A stretch of DNA of 64,000 nucleotides from Phoronis australis (GCA_002633005.1 NMRA01000240.1:480690-544689); one strand, 5' to 3'; counted from the first letter of the stretch, positions 50,801 through 64,000 are shown. Made by a program: numbers and translations. Notes: generated from the letters alone by a model not told the origin.

Positions 50801-51380
50801 CTCAATTAAGGACAGTGAACGCAAACATCGCGGAGACTTTAATTCCATGTATGCCATAACAGGGCCTGATCAAACTATGCGACAGAGCTCACAAACACTT
50901 CTGAGCAACAGCGAGTTCAAGAATGAACGGGTGAAGTTCCTTTGGACGGAATGGAGAAAAGACCATTATTGGCATATGTTTGGTGGGAAAACCTTGTTTG
51001 TTTCCCTCGTAGGCGAGTGCTACCAGTTCTTTCCCGACGATAACCACCAAATCATGGTGACAAAACCTGCCCATCTCCAAGGCGACCACGAGGAAGCGGA
51101 TACGCGGATTGCGTTCCACGTCGCAAACATCCCTATCGGTCGTGTTATGACGAGGGCTTCAGATACAGATGTTTTAGTATTTTTGATTGGTACACTCGGA
51201 CAACAGCGGCGACAAATAAGACCAACGTTGTCATGGATTGTGTGATGGAAAATAATAGAAGATTTATCAACATTTCCAACATAGCAAACATTCTTGAAGA
51301 GCGCAAGTACGGACTTGCCAGAGCAATTCCTGGATATCACGCCTTCAATGGATGTGACTACACATCTGTCTTTTATATTT
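47870..51380 (+). pseudogene. Academ transposase pseudogene with XPG/PIN-like domain, 3'-truncated
   Basis: Frameshifted fragments in the expected order: YHPSCHRKYT, CIFCRK, DLIAREAEYHNSC, MLGNFHTE, GKFYNRCTRVH, FFALNRPNYARW, LEQSVNRD, FCNPF..NIATG, PLALAHCDG..KTEKS, IFDGG, DKY..SIKDSER, HEEADTRI, DTDVLV, PGYHAFNGCDYTS. Confidence 0.85.
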
Positions 51381-54300
51381 ATGTTATCGAAATCTTGATT
51401 ATTGCAGTAGTGACAAGAATTGATTGAATTTCATTAGCTGTGATTACGTCTGCTATGTAAATGAAGTCTAAGTAACGTGTTATGATTGCCTCCATTTTGA
51501 ATTAGTTTTACACGTCAGTTTCAAACGGTTACCTGATGGGTTGATCTAGCTCAATTCTGGTAATCGGGCGTGTCTGGCGGGGTTAACCCACCACTAGATT
51601 TGTCTGGCAGTGATCATTCGTTATACCTAGGCTTACGGTGAATGTTTTGCGACTGGTTTCAAGCGGTTACCTCTTGGATTGATCTAGCTCAATTTTTGTA
51701 CCCTGTACATGTTCGTCTGGCGGGTAGTCCCCACTACCAAAATTGTCAGTCAGAGTCCAATTTTGATACAGTGGATTACGTAGTAGGTATCCAAGGCAGT
51801 TTGAAGTGGTTACCAGAAAAGTTGATGTAGTTCAATTTTTGAGTGTCATTCTCTCGGCTCCCCTGACCACACCCACCAGAGCGAACCTGCCAGACAACCA
51901 TTTCCAAGCATCAGGCTACCCATAGAGCACTGTGGCACCAAAGAAAATTGGTTACCTTTTCATGCTCAAAAAAGCTCCGGGATTCCGGTCTTAAAAACCG
52001 AATCGGAAAAGGGCATTCGCACGACCCGTATTATTTATTTATTTATTTTTTTAATTAACTCATAGATTTGAGGCTTCATGGGTAAATTGACCCATTGGCA
52101 GGTTTTTCAAAGCAATTCATGAATTAGGGAAACGCCGTGTCCACCGGCCGGGCACCGCCTACTACTAACCTGATAATTCGTCACGAACAGAACGTAGTCT
52201 CAAGTTTGTGTATAAACGAGTCTTAGTATTTTGCTCTTGTGAAAAAGTGACTAAACGCCAGTTTGCGTTTGCATGGTATCACTGAAGACTACAAAACACA
52301 ATGACACTTGTACGACATGCAGTGGATGATGAAATTAAGTTTCAACCATGTACGAAGTTCTGGAACACCTCTTGCTGATTTCTTACTAAGATAGTCTACA
52401 CGTGGCTGTAGGAAACAAGACTTAACAGGCGTAGAGGCGGCAATACAGAAAAGAGAGACAGCGAAACATTTAAAATGAGAAAATGTAAGAGAACGTTGAT
52501 TACCAGTGCTAGGACCATCCCGAAATTTTTTGTCAGAGGCTCCCCGTTCTTTTGCAGTACTGATCGACTAACAGCACTTGGAAACCCACACTTAATCATG
52601 CATACATACACTTACTCCAAAAAAAGCCGGAGAAAACTTGTTATGATCAGATTTTCCAGATTTTGGAATGCAAGTTAAATTCATAAATCGTAACAGGCTA
52701 CCACTATAATTGTATCGTTTGAGTGAATATGAAACTAATTCGGTCTAGCATGAAACGCGTACACCTCGTATTCTTCCCCTTGCTCTGTGCTAAATTTTAC
52801 CTTTTTATTTTTTGTCAGTTTTGAGAATGTATGCGGCGGAAGATGATGCCTCATTGTATAGCACTCTTCCGTTTATGAGAAGACCTTGCACGCTAATTCC
52901 TTATCTCTGTGATTGCTTGGTCAAATTAGTTAGAAACTTTACGTATAGCGACGAAGTGAATATGAAGTAGGTTGAAAATTGCCAAATGTTTTAAGACCGA
53001 GTTTTGAGTCGAACCTGATCCGCCGAGTCTAGTTGTCTGTTGGGGAATAACACTGCATGACGCGGGTTATGTGAACCCCCAAGGTACGCCATTAGTTCAA
53101 AAATCACCTATAATAATTTTTAGTTTTCACATTTACAAGTTGTCAGTGAATACAACTGCACTTTGTATTGCGTACATGATGTTCATGTAACATTGTTGTT
53201 TAGTTCCTGCTATACATTAGCATAGTTAGTAGCATGCAAATACATCTTTAATGTATGTAGAGTACTTTAAGTTGGGTTTTTACACCTTTCATTTCCATGA
53301 TTTGAAGAAACTAGATACGTGTTGCGTTTTCACACGTTGCACCTTTTCTCTTACAGGAAGAACACCTTTCGCTCCCAAGTGGTCGTACATGTTGCGCCTT
53401 TTACCTGGCATGAAGTGATAACCTCTGATAAATGTAAAGGTGATGCAAGCAACAAAAATTCACCAAGAAAGCTTTCTCACGATAAGAACTAGTGTCTGAG
53501 CGCTTCAGCATCCTGATTGTTATTTTATACACCAGTGTGTTATACAGAATTTGTTAAACGCACGATACTTTTCATTGTTCACAGTCTTTATTCCGTTACG
53601 TTCGCTAGGTCAGTTACTGTATCTATGTTCAGTTGAGAGTAGAGTTTTGTTCCGAAACTACGAACGTAACGGCCTTTTATGTACAAAAGAATAAACGATT
53701 TACAACGATATCTATTTATTATACATAGACAAGTCGTCCAAAAGCGGAAATTTTTAAAGGCAATTCTTAACAGCATTTTTGAGTGTAGCATCTGAAAATT
53801 GCATGCGAATCCGATAAGCCATGTCTCGATGACGATGTTTGTCCAATATTGACACATTTCCAGGGCACCTGCACATAACCTCAAATCATTTTTCATGATG
53901 CAGTACCTAGCTTGCTTTTTTGACTTATCACAAAAAGATCATCTTTTATTGCATAAAAATAGTGAAGGGTCACGTGTAACCTATTGTCATAAAACTACCG
54001 CCTTCACTTTTTGCAGCTTCTGACCTATTTACATTTTTTATAATAGAAATGTTTCAAGATTACATTTAACAGATACCCTTGCCAAATGCGATCTTTCGTC
54101 TTCCATTGGTTCAAAAAGGGTTGCATGTTTGCTTGTTTTATCTTTTGTCAAACAAATCTTTCATCTTTCGCCTTTCAAGAGTTGCATGGAACAAGTTGGT
54201 ATATTACACTATTATTTTGCAAAGGTCATCATTTGTTTTCGAGTTGCCAAAATTTAGTGGCCTGTTCGAATGTTTTTCATCCTTTCAGCAACTTTCATGA

Positions 54301-55022
54301 ACTTGAAACTGTTCGTATGTTTTTCATCCTTTCAGCAACTTTCATGAACTTGAAAGGTATTGGTAGATAAATTTATAATACCCCCTGCCATGTCACTGCC
54401 TAGGCACATCATAATATAGTTATTGCTGCAGTACAAAACACCTTTGAATTAGGCTGGTTATATTTCGTGCATTTGACTGATTTTAGCGATTCTCCATTGG
54501 AAAAAGTTTTTGAGATAAAATGTAACTATATTTTCATCTGTACAAAACGAGTTAAATGCCAATAAGTATTTTTGGTTAGAGGTTTTAGGCGTTAAGTACA
54601 AGCTAATGCCCTCCGGCGGGACGGGACTGGGCAACTCTGCCGTAGCTTTGGTTATTTGAACATACAGCTAGAAATATTTTGTCGTTAGTCTTCATACAGC
54701 TATAGCAAGTGGCGAATTTAGAGTGGGGTGCAAGAGGGCCATGCCCCCCAAATTATCCAAGATTCCATTTGGCAGTTCGGGGGTGCGAATGTCTGACGGG
54801 CAAATCCTGGCTAGGACTCTGCCCTAGCTGCCCTTAACTCAAAATCGTGGATCCGCCCTTGATAGCTGACCAGCACTCGGCTATCACTTCCAACAAGAAC
54901 ACGGCGGAGTTTTGATTCGAACAAACATTGGTCTATTTATTTATTAAATCAACTGTTGTGAGTTCTTTTAGTTCAGAAGACAATTTCTTATAATCTTGAG
55001 ATGAGAATAACATCAGCAGAAC

Positions 55023-58000
55023 CAGTGGCGGACCTAGGATATCACAAGGGGGGCCCAACATTTTGTCTGTAAGCATTTGCGCAAAGCACGATTGTAGATG
55101 TGCATAGCACCGAATGGAAAAAAATTCTGTTTTTTCCTCTAAAAATCAAGCATTTTCATTGATTTTTGAAGTTTTATCCAAGAAAAAAGGCAAGGAAAAA
55201 AATAAAAAAGGAGAACGTGTCAAACTTGAAAAACTGCCAATACCAAATACTCGAACTCACGACCTTGTGGTTACAGCTGCACCACCACGATTTCTCTGGT
55301 GTTTTGGATCTAAGAGATCTACTTGTTTATGGTCCACAGCGTTTGCGCGCGAAACCTACTTTCTTTGTAATGCTTATTATACTATTTATATTTTGTGCAA
55401 TCAGTTTGTAACAAATTTGTTTTATTTAAAATAGTCTTCAATTGCCCAAAAGACCAAATCCGTTTTTTTGTGTTGGCATTAATGGAAATCGTCTTAAGTT
55501 AAGGTTTGGCAAAGAGAGAATTATGAGTTTCTGAGTGATTCACTAAGGCTTCGATTAAAATTGACATCTTACCAGCAGCTTCTGTTATTTCATCGTCACT
55601 CAGATTCCATTTTCTAGCGAGGACAACATACGTCACCAAGTCGCTTCATTTATCTGCCACCGTGTAAAATTCACACATTACAAATTACTTCAAAGTATGA
55701 AATAAGATGTTATTTTACTTAAATGTTAGTCTTTTTTCGTCGCAAAATCCGTTTAATAATACTTTGCACGATTTTTTTGCAGCGACGTAACCGACATTTC
55801 AGAGCCAAATGGTCGCCGGTAAAAACAACTGGTACTTGGTTTTCAACTCAGGAGAAGACTAAACTCTCGAATTTTGGCGTGAAACTTCGTGAACTTTTAG
55901 ACGAAATCCTTGAGCACGTTATTACGTAAGTATTTTTCACTTTCATGGACTTAAAAGTTGGAAAAGTTGCCAGTTCCCGCGACCTTCAACTTTGACCTGA
56001 ATTTATTGGTATATTTCCTAATTTGCGCACATAATGAATTGTATTGCGAACTAAAGGATTCATTAATGAAGTATTTCAAACACTTGTTGCAAACGGGCCC
56101 TTCGTCGATTTTATATAATCGGGCGTATTTCTGACTCACTTCGTATTTCCGGGTCCTGCCGCTAGGGGTACTCCTGTGAATCGCGGCTAATTTTTGGTTC
56201 AAAAAATAAAGCATTTCAACGTTTTCCTAATGAAAAGTCAATGTATAAAAGACCCAAAAAAGTAATTTCTGGTTGAGAGAACAATGATTCTTACGTTTAA
56301 GGTTCTTTTTTTCTTGTTTTTGCCTCACATTTTTGTAGGTTAGGCCACTAAGACCTGACTTGTTGCCAGACAGGACCATACCCATACAGGCCAAGACAGT
56401 TTAGCCAGCATATGTCAAGATGGAAAATGAAAACATTTTAATTTTAGTGTAAACAAATATTACAACTGTACATTTCTACTCCAGTGCTGTGTTTTCAAAT
56501 TGTGTTTACTACCATGAAAAACTATACATGCTATCAATTTTTTTCTTACCATGAATTGGTTTTAACTAAACAATTCAGAGGTTCGACTAGATTGTTCATA
56601 TGTCTCAGCCTGGCCTATATCTTTCAGGTAACCTTTGTTGGAAATTGCTGTGGACCAAACCAGTTGTTATTTTCTTCATCATTTTTTCTCATAATTTTAC
56701 TCCTATTTGTCAGTTTACTATAATACATATCATCATGTCTCGCATTTCTGTCTCATCAGACTCTGCCTTTAGCAGCATGGTCCAGATCCCTCTTCTTTCC
56801 TGCTTCTACTGATTCTACTTGCATTCAGCAGTGCAGCCAACAACATCAAACTTCCTGGTTGGCAAGAATGTTCTTCACAAAGTTAGCTGAACTGGCGATG
56901 ACCAGTATCATGGCTTAGTAATTTCTCAGTTTAGTATGTAACAAGCTTTAGCAGTTTTTGTTAACAAAACTGCAGCATCTAAAGAGCAATATGTTCTTGA
57001 TTTCCGCATACTGGTGTAACCTACCCAGCTATTTCTTTTTCTTTTCACGACCTTTAAGTTAATAAGGCTTGTATGTCATAACAGTATGATTCATGAATCA
57101 TAGCATTCTTTCAGGCTCCATGGATATTGAGTTTGGTTTCTATTTACTATATGAAGCTTGTATTAAAGTTTTTGTTTATCATACTTTTCATCAATACATA
57201 TTTGGAATACATTTTGACAAAGTTAAGTCAGTCGCAAACTGCATGTCAACAAAAAAATCACAAAATAATAATAATTTACCCAACCAATTATCAGATTTCA
57301 ACTTCCCTGGTGAAAAAATCTTGAAATGATACTAGCCTATTTTTTCCTTGTGTAATTGTTATATTATGCCAATTTGAAACTACAAAATTGTACGTACTCT
57401 GGCTTTTCTTTGTCAGCTTTGTGGACTTTAAGGTCAATATCTTCGCCTAGGAATGTCCAATTGGAATGTTTTTTTTTCAAATTATTCATCATAAAATTTT
57501 CTTTGAAATGATGTATAACATGTCTATCTACGTTACGTAGATTTGTAACCATAATATTTCAAACACCCAAATTTGATTTGACAGAATTTTTACCAAAAAA
57601 TTTGACACAAAAACACCATTTTCTCCGGAATAGTAAGTCCGACTTAAAAAATATTTGCACCGTTCTTTTCGTCTCATAGAGAGCTTTCTGGTGATAAATA
57701 TTACATGCACATTTTTAAAATTTTTGAAAAATGCTGTTCTCATTGCATTTTCTTTAAAAAATGAAGTAAATTTTTCGGAAGCAGACGATGGTAACGGAGT
57801 CGTAGTGCGCAGCGCCACTGCCGGTCGTCTGGGACATCGTGGGAGAGCCTATACATGTACTTAGCCATAGTTCCGTTACGACTGCGCCGTGCTCCGAATT
57901 TGACACTTGAAATTGGATCTGAGCTCCCCCCGCCCTAAAACTGCACACATTTAAATCTTGCTTCAGCCGTACAATGTTAACTACCGGGGTTAATTAATAA

Positions 58001-58096
58001 ACTCAACATTTCCCTACGCTCTTGCTGTTTTATTTTTTGCGGCACCCAAGGGGGGGCGGGGTCCCCTGCCCCATCCCCCCCCTAAATCCGCCTATA
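55023..58096. mobile_element. MITE shell expanded to ~3 kb by nested repeats
   Basis: CAGTGGCGGACCTAGG ... CCTAAATCCGCCTATA with AGAAC on both flanks; AT-rich interior with a possible decayed transposase fragment (~56330-57350, minus). Confidence 0.45.
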
Positions 58097-58846
58097 AGAA
58101 CAACCACGGGGAATCATGTATAAGTCGTAGAGCGGTCACAGAGTTGTGGTGTAGGCCAAAATGAGCGTGCCGATCACTGACGAGTTACGGCTAGATTCCC
58201 TGCGCCGGGAAATCGTCCACTTCATGGATCAAAAACTGAGATAAATGGCATTGTTTTACTACGAAACTCTGTAGAGGGTTTCATGTTTTGATTGGGCAGT
58301 TTACGGTCATCCAGTGCTTAGCATCTGCTCAGTTCAACTGGGTAATGGGGTGGGGGTTGAAAAAAGTGTCTATGAGTTACTAGTTTCTCATCAGAAATAG
58401 AGTTTTGTAACTGTTTGGAATATCAAAATTTCCGTCAAGGCAAGGCACAGACGAGTGTAGGTGCATTGTAAAACGTGACTGTGAAATCACAGTACAGTGA
58501 AATTTGTGATCTGTGTGTTGCTTACTCGGTGTAGCCGTTTTTAAAGTCTAGGGGCATATATTCGAAGGGTAGAGAGGATGTAACATACTTATCTTAAGCG
58601 TGGAGAGTGCAAGATGATACACTCTAGGGTTGGCTTTCAAAGTAATGGCTTATAGTTGTTATCCCATTGTATTCCGTGCGCCACCTTTTGAACCTTTTGA
58701 AAACGAAATGTACTCAGTGCTTCACTACGCGATAGGGACAGTCGATCCAATGAAAAGTTTACATGGCGAAGATAAGATAGGCCTCAGCCAATCTTCGTTA
58801 TCAACAGTTACCTTGCACCTTCTCTTATTTTAGTTCGGTGCGAACA

Positions 58847-59373
58847 ATGTTCCGCCTTCGACCCAGTTTCAGAAGAACCCAGTGCCCAAGACTTTACGCT
58901 AGTGTCAGAACATTAGCCACTTGTCGCAATTTTTACAACAAAGAATCGTTTCACTATGACGACATGGAATTGTTGGCCAGGGAGCAGAAAGCGAGGGCGC
59001 AGCGTGAAAGACTATCCAATGCTCATTGGGTATGTCGAGAACAGCAACAGGTGGTCAGTACCCGGAATTTGACCAGTTTGACTGGGCTGGTGTATGCGAA
59101 CCAGAAAAGAGAATATGCATTTATCAAGTCGAACGTCACCAACAGACACTGTGGAATGACATGGCAGTGTAAGACACCTCGTACTCTCGTAATCTTTGAG
59201 CAGAGGCGTTCATTTCGAATATCTGGGGAACATTTGAAGGAACAAGCTGGGCGACATTTGAGCCAAAAGGAGAGGTTAAAGAAACATTTGCAGGAACATG
59301 GAACCACGGGAATTGTTTTGTACGGTGCATTGTGGGTAATGTCCATGAGTGTCTGCTACTTGGCCGTGCAGAG
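58847..59373 (+). CDS. FAM210B: FAM210B-like (DUF1279) mitochondrial membrane protein, first coding exon
   Basis: Acceptor ttattttAG ending 58833 (implies an upstream UTR exon), ATG 58847, Arg-rich presequence-like MFRLRPSFRRTQCPRLYASVRTL, then SQKERLKKHLQEHGTTGIVLYGALWVMSMSVCYLAVQ; donor AG|GTAGGT, phase 2. Confidence 0.85.
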
Positions 59374-60101
59374 GTAGGTCGGTTTCGTTATTTGTTGAGG
59401 TTACTAACTGTAAAAATCTGATGAAATAACAGAGAAAAGAAACGAAGGAAATGTCTTTCAATATGCCATTTCGTGGTTTGCCGATTCCACGTTTGATGCC
59501 CCCCATTCAACCAAAGTGGCACAAATCTACGGGACAAATAGACCACTTTTGTTATTTCATTTCGCTAGACCGCCAGGGGGGGCGATTCCAACACTAAATG
59601 TCATTCCCAGTTTATCACTCACTGACTTGCTTACACTGTGCCGCAGTGCTAGATGATTCATCATGGTGTCTTGCTTCATGAAAAGTAACAAATTTTTTCT
59701 TACGCCTCAACCAACTATTTCTGAAAAATTATTAGTTCCCACTTAAGCAAATAATACGAAATCTCTAAGAATATATCCATAACTGGTAGTTACTGAGATG
59801 ATTTGGATACAATATTTCCAAGCTATGGCTTCACTTTAGTACTTATGAAAAGGGAGCGCAAGACAAAAATGAGACTTAAGCAGCGAATTAAGTCACTTTT
59901 CGTAAAACATACCCCAGTACTAAATAACGTCCGAGGCACTAGTCTCAAGGGTCCTGAATTTTGAGAACCAGTTCGATGCTCGTTATTTAGTGGAGTAATT
60001 AGTTGGTTTTGTAAAATCCGGGACCCCTTACTGCGAGTGACTATTACCCACATTTCAACGAGCATTTGAAGTTTCAAAACTTTCTCTCAATTATTTTTCA
60101 G

Positions 60102-60303
60102 CGGTGTCGACGTGGGTGTTTTATTGTCAAAGTGTGGTTTCTCCGACGACGTTGTTCACTCCAAGTTGGCAGCGGAGGCGACTACTTTTGCAATAGCGTA
60201 CGGCGCGCACACATTGATAGCTCCGGTACGCATTGGATTAACTATCGCTGGTACGCCGATAGTAGTTCGACTGAGAAATAAAAACATCGGTGGAAAAAAG
60301 TAA
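60102..60303 (+). CDS. FAM210B: FAM210B-like, last coding exon
   Basis: ttatttttcAG acceptor; (S)GVDVGVLLSKCGFSDDVVHSKLAAEATTFAIAYGAHTLIAPVRIGLTIAGTPIVVRLRNKNIGGKK-stop. GVDV...TF.IAY..H...APVRI..T...TP is the DUF1279 pattern; spliced product 242 aa. Confidence 0.9.
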
Positions 60304-62499
60304 CCAGCACTTATCAGTGTTGCAAAGGCTAATCTCAGTCCTTGATCTATACAATTCCCTCAGTAATCAAGACGTTGAATGAACAACTCTGACGTTGTAA
60401 CAAAAACAATCATTTCGTATAATACTTACACAAAAATGCAGCCTTGGTCGCGCGTATTTGGCTGTAGGAGGTGTTGCATTGTGTACTGGGCCGAATAGAC
60501 CGGTGTAGTAGAATGAGTGTCCTACGTGCATATATTTGAATGTCAACATGTGGGTTTCGCTATTCAGTTTATTACCCGAATGCTCTATGGTCAGACGCTC
60601 AGTGCACAGGGTGTAGAGTAGTTTTATACCGGCTACCCAGGGCACTTAGCACAGGTGAACGAGGTACCAACAACGGATCACAGGCGCACCTCAGTCTATA
60701 TAGAAATGGGTGTCTACAGGTGTTCGCACCCTGGGAACCTTGCAAGGTTGACAATATTAAGGCAGGTTATATATTCGAGGTGCTAGTCAAAACTGGTATA
60801 AATCAGTCGCCGAGCCGTACTGCTCACGAAATGAAAACTGTCTTCCACTTTAACAGTGCTTTTAAAATTACTTGCAGAACAATGAAGATAACTGAGACAA
60901 AGGAATGAGGTTATGAAGATAAAAATAGATGAAAAATCTCTTGTATTTAAACTAAATAATTTTGAAACATTTAAGCAACTAAATCCATATCGTTACGTAA
61001 ACAAATATAACTCATTTTAAGACACCTTACACAGATTTCAAATTACGAGAAGATACCAAACCCGCTAATAATACCTCGTTAACATAGCACATAACAATAA
61101 ATATAGAATACTGACGAAATGAGAGGTAATAATATCAACGAATACACAACAAGGAAGCCAACAAATGTGAGCATTTGACAGGTTCAAGGTAACGCCAAAG
61201 AAAAACTGGTCAGCCGTGTAGCGAACTCACATTGCCGACATCTCACTTCGCACTGGAACCAATTCGTTGTTGCGCTTTGCCCCGGTTCCTGCAATAGTAC
61301 GCCACACAATAAATGGGAAATGGAGTTTGAAAAACGGCTTATAAATGCATATGCAACATGCAGCCTCTCGGCTGTCAGGACGGCATACAAATAGGCCTGA
61401 GGCCCGAAACCGAAAGTTTCGAAAACCTCTGTGTCTGGATCATGGTGTTGCGTCTCATCCAATTCAACAGTCAACATCTATGGTGTTACGTTCCCTGAAC
61501 AATGTGGGAGGCCAATGAGAATACCTGAGGAATGATCAACTGCTATCATGCAGAGGGTTCCGATTGAATAACTGCAGTGTCAATGGTGGCACCAATGAGA
61601 TAAATATAGAAGAATATATATAGCTCATTGGGTGGCACTCACTAGTTTTTCGAGCCACGGTTCAATTTGCCTTCCCCCATTTCATTAAAAAGTTGGCGCC
61701 TACTGGGTTGGCTCTGCATTTTAAGTTCTGTGCTGCATGTGAAGGCTACGAATGGCATAAACTTCATTTTTGGATTTGTTCTGGGTGAATTTTCACCCCT
61801 TGACTCACTTTTTGCAAGACCCCCTTTTTGCACAGCCTTGGCTTTTTTAAACATTTACTGTTTGCAAACGGGAAGTTGAAATTTTGCAGGAAATTCAGGT
61901 ACCCTTTAGACACGTTGGATTTGTAAAAATCTAGCTCGGACACCCACTTTTGACCCGATTTGTGTAATGTGAAAAGTCTGAATGCATTGCCTCTCACTTC
62001 GCAGTAATCGCATACAAATGGTGGCTTTGGGATGAAAGCTGTTTATTTGGCCGTATTTTTGCTCTTTTTCAAGTAGCCGGCTGCACTTCCGGTAGTCATA
62101 ACATATGGGAAAAGACCTTGAAGTCAGTTTTAATAGATTCTGAGCAAGATTTTTGAAGTCTTTGGTCCAGTATACTGTTCATATTTTTAGGTTTTGTACA
62201 TTCCGTGGAACAGACTGTTGAAGCCGACACGACTTGGTTTTTCAAGCCCAAAATCAGCAAAAACTGTTGAGTGCCACCTTAAGCGGCTGGTCTCATTCGT
62301 GTAAATGCGAAAAAGTCGGATTACCATCTGTGGAAAAAAACTTGGCACTGACTACTATCATAAGAACATAAAAATGAATTTTAGTATGTTTTGTTGTCAT
62401 TGCAAAATGTTTTCTGGTGGGGCTAATGTTGTGCAGGATTGTGTTGAAGCGTACCGAACAACAACCCGCAATCCGCAAATCTCACTGTAAAGGTACAAA

Positions 62500-62747
62500 C
62501 ATGTGTGCATCCAGCCTGAAAAATAGGGGGTGCTCGAATTTTTCAGAATGTGGACATTTTCCTAAAAAAACGGGGTACATTCAGAGCTATGGTTTGTGCA
62601 TTCGCCGAATTCCTGCTTTTTAGTGGTCTAGTTTTCTACTTTTTCTTACTTTTTGTTTCTCTGGGTGTACCTTTTTGCCCAATTCGCCAAATGGGGGGCT
62701 CATTCGAGCCCCTCAAGACCCCCCCTCCCTCCTTGGGTGCCCGCATG
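62500..62747. mobile_element. MITE family A, copy with TSD
   Basis: CATGTGTGCATCCAG...TTGGGTGCCCGCATG, flanked by TACAAA on both sides; body homologous to 1317-1676 and 30100-30338. Confidence 0.75.
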
Positions 62748-62998
62748 TACAAAGTCTGCTCATTTGTTTTAAACACTGTCACAAAAGGCAGTAACAATGG
62801 TAAAACTTGAAATTTCGGGCGTATGCTTTCAAATGTCGAATTAAACATTGTCAAGAGACCAGCAGAGGATACAACTTCTAAATTGAAAGTTCTTGGTAAT
62901 CTAATGTAGTCCAGTTTATATGTTGCCTCCTTAGGCAAAGCTGGATTCATTCAAACACATGCTTCCATCTGTAAAATATTTAAACTTTAGGAACCTAC

Positions 62999-63064
62999 CT
63001 GTAGAAACGCGGTCGTCTTCATAGTTTTCCAAGAATTTGAAAGCAGCCGCAGTCACGTTCTTTC
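62999..63064 (-). CDS. Probable next exon of the same unidentified gene
   Basis: ttttattgcAG acceptor and CAG|GTAGGT donor; 66 nt, phase 1 to 1, open: (G)KNVTAAAFKFLENYEDDRVST. Confidence 0.45.
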
Positions 63065-63349
63065 CTGCAATAAAATGTATGGGCCATGCAGGCTGAGTTT
63101 AATAAACAATTCTTAATGAGAGCAAGCACATAAGCGCTCTCCATGCCTTGTAAATATCAGTGGTTAGGGTGGTTCAATCCCTAATGCTGAAGTCGTATAT
63201 TTTTGCCCTTTCAAGGCTTGTAAGTGGGTTCCACACAACGTAGCCCCTCTTAGCTTTATGTAACGTTACATATACAACCATGGTCAGGTTTACTTTTTTC
63301 ACGTAAATGTTACTGTCGATTTCAACAGCATTCATATAGTAATAACCCA

Positions 63350-63476
63350 TCTGTGTCCAATTCATCTACATGCCCACCTATGTCCAAGTCATCTGTTTGC
63401 CAACCTATGTCGAAGTCATGAATTTGCCCACCTATGCCCAATTCATCTATTTGCCCACCTATGTCCAAGTCATCTA
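63350..63476. repeat. Degenerate ~27-bp tandem repeat
   Basis: TGCCCACCTATGTCCAAGTCATCT-like units x ~4.5. Confidence 0.8.
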
Positions 63477-63836
63477 ATGCCAAGAAAGTTTCATTGTTGC
63501 GCAGTAATTCGTGATACCGATCCTAAGCATTTCGGCAAGCCATCCAATATTTGTTAGGTATGGAAGTGTGCGATGAATTTTCGCACAATGGAGGTTGACA
63601 TGTCACCAAGAATTTCTGATTTGCAGGGCAAATATTGAGTTCAGAAATGTCCAGCCAAGTATTGACCTTACGTAGCGACTGGGGAAGGAGGGAAAGGTGT
63701 ACGAAATTGGAAACTAACTTAGAGGTTTTCAAACAATTTTCAAGCTGTTTGAAGCAGACTGCATTAAGGAACATTAGCGACAAAGACTGATGATTATGCT
63801 GTGGAAGGAGCGCACTCCTCCACTAATTTCACTTAC

Positions 63837-64000
63837 CATCCATAGTGTCGTAGCCTTTATCAGATGTTAGAGTGACGGATTTCAGCTCTACAGTCTCGTA
63901 TATGGCACCAGCATCTGTCCCGTTTTCAATGTCGGCTCTGACTTCGAGTGTTGTGAAGCTTGAGCTGCTTTTAGTTTTGGTCGAACTTTCAAGGAAAGCT
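63837..64000 (-). CDS. Probable exon of an unidentified gene entering from the right edge
   Basis: Open frame AFLESSTKTKSSSSFTTLEVRADIENGTDAGAIYETVELKSVTLTSDKGYDTMD ending in a consensus G|GTAAGT donor (phase 1). Confidence 0.5.

Larger units (their letters stand above)
45160..51992 (+). mobile_element. Academ-type DNA transposon, decayed (~6.8 kb, ~470-bp TIRs)
   Basis: 45420-~45880 is the reverse complement of ~51520-51985. The reconstructed left terminus TAGACCGGGATCCC matches the right ...GGGATTCCGGTCTT; possible AAA TSD; AAAATTGAGCTAGATCAA repeated inside the TIRs; internal broken transposase. Confidence 0.82.

Noticed and set aside
50595-51427. Host XPG/FEN1/asteroid nuclease gene
   Set aside because: Intronless, frameshifted and enclosed by long TIRs; it is part of the Academ transposase.

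Overview
Eukaryotic (metazoan, probably marine invertebrate) intron- and transposon-rich genomic DNA. No prokaryotic operon, CRISPR array, rRNA or intact tRNA is seen, and most six-frame ORFs are spurious or exon fragments. Three genes were assembled by hand with phase-consistent GT-AG splicing: (1) a minus-strand gene of at least 7 exons (3199-15992, candidate first exon 28711-28779) encoding a ~400-aa multi-pass membrane protein of an uncharacterised family (DUF7802-like) with CruF-hydratase-like motif spacing; (2) a two-exon trunk/PTTH/noggin-like secreted cystine-knot gene (34988-35728, minus) with a long gene-poor upstream region; (3) a FAM210B-like (DUF1279) mitochondrial gene (58847-60303, plus). 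Exons of a fourth gene probably enter from the right edge. The rest is decayed mobile DNA: an Academ-type transposon with ~470-bp TIRs whose left tip is split by a MITE, a Kolobok-type element (THAP plus P2X7-tail-like relics), an ISL2EU/Harbinger element nested in another element with an empty-site copy nearby, a short-LTR Gypsy, a tyrosine-recombinase relic, LINE/SINE relics, MITEs and many minisatellites. No clearly new multi-gene system was found; the best leads are the trunk-like ligand and the CruF-like membrane protein. Family assignments are from motif recognition, not database searches.
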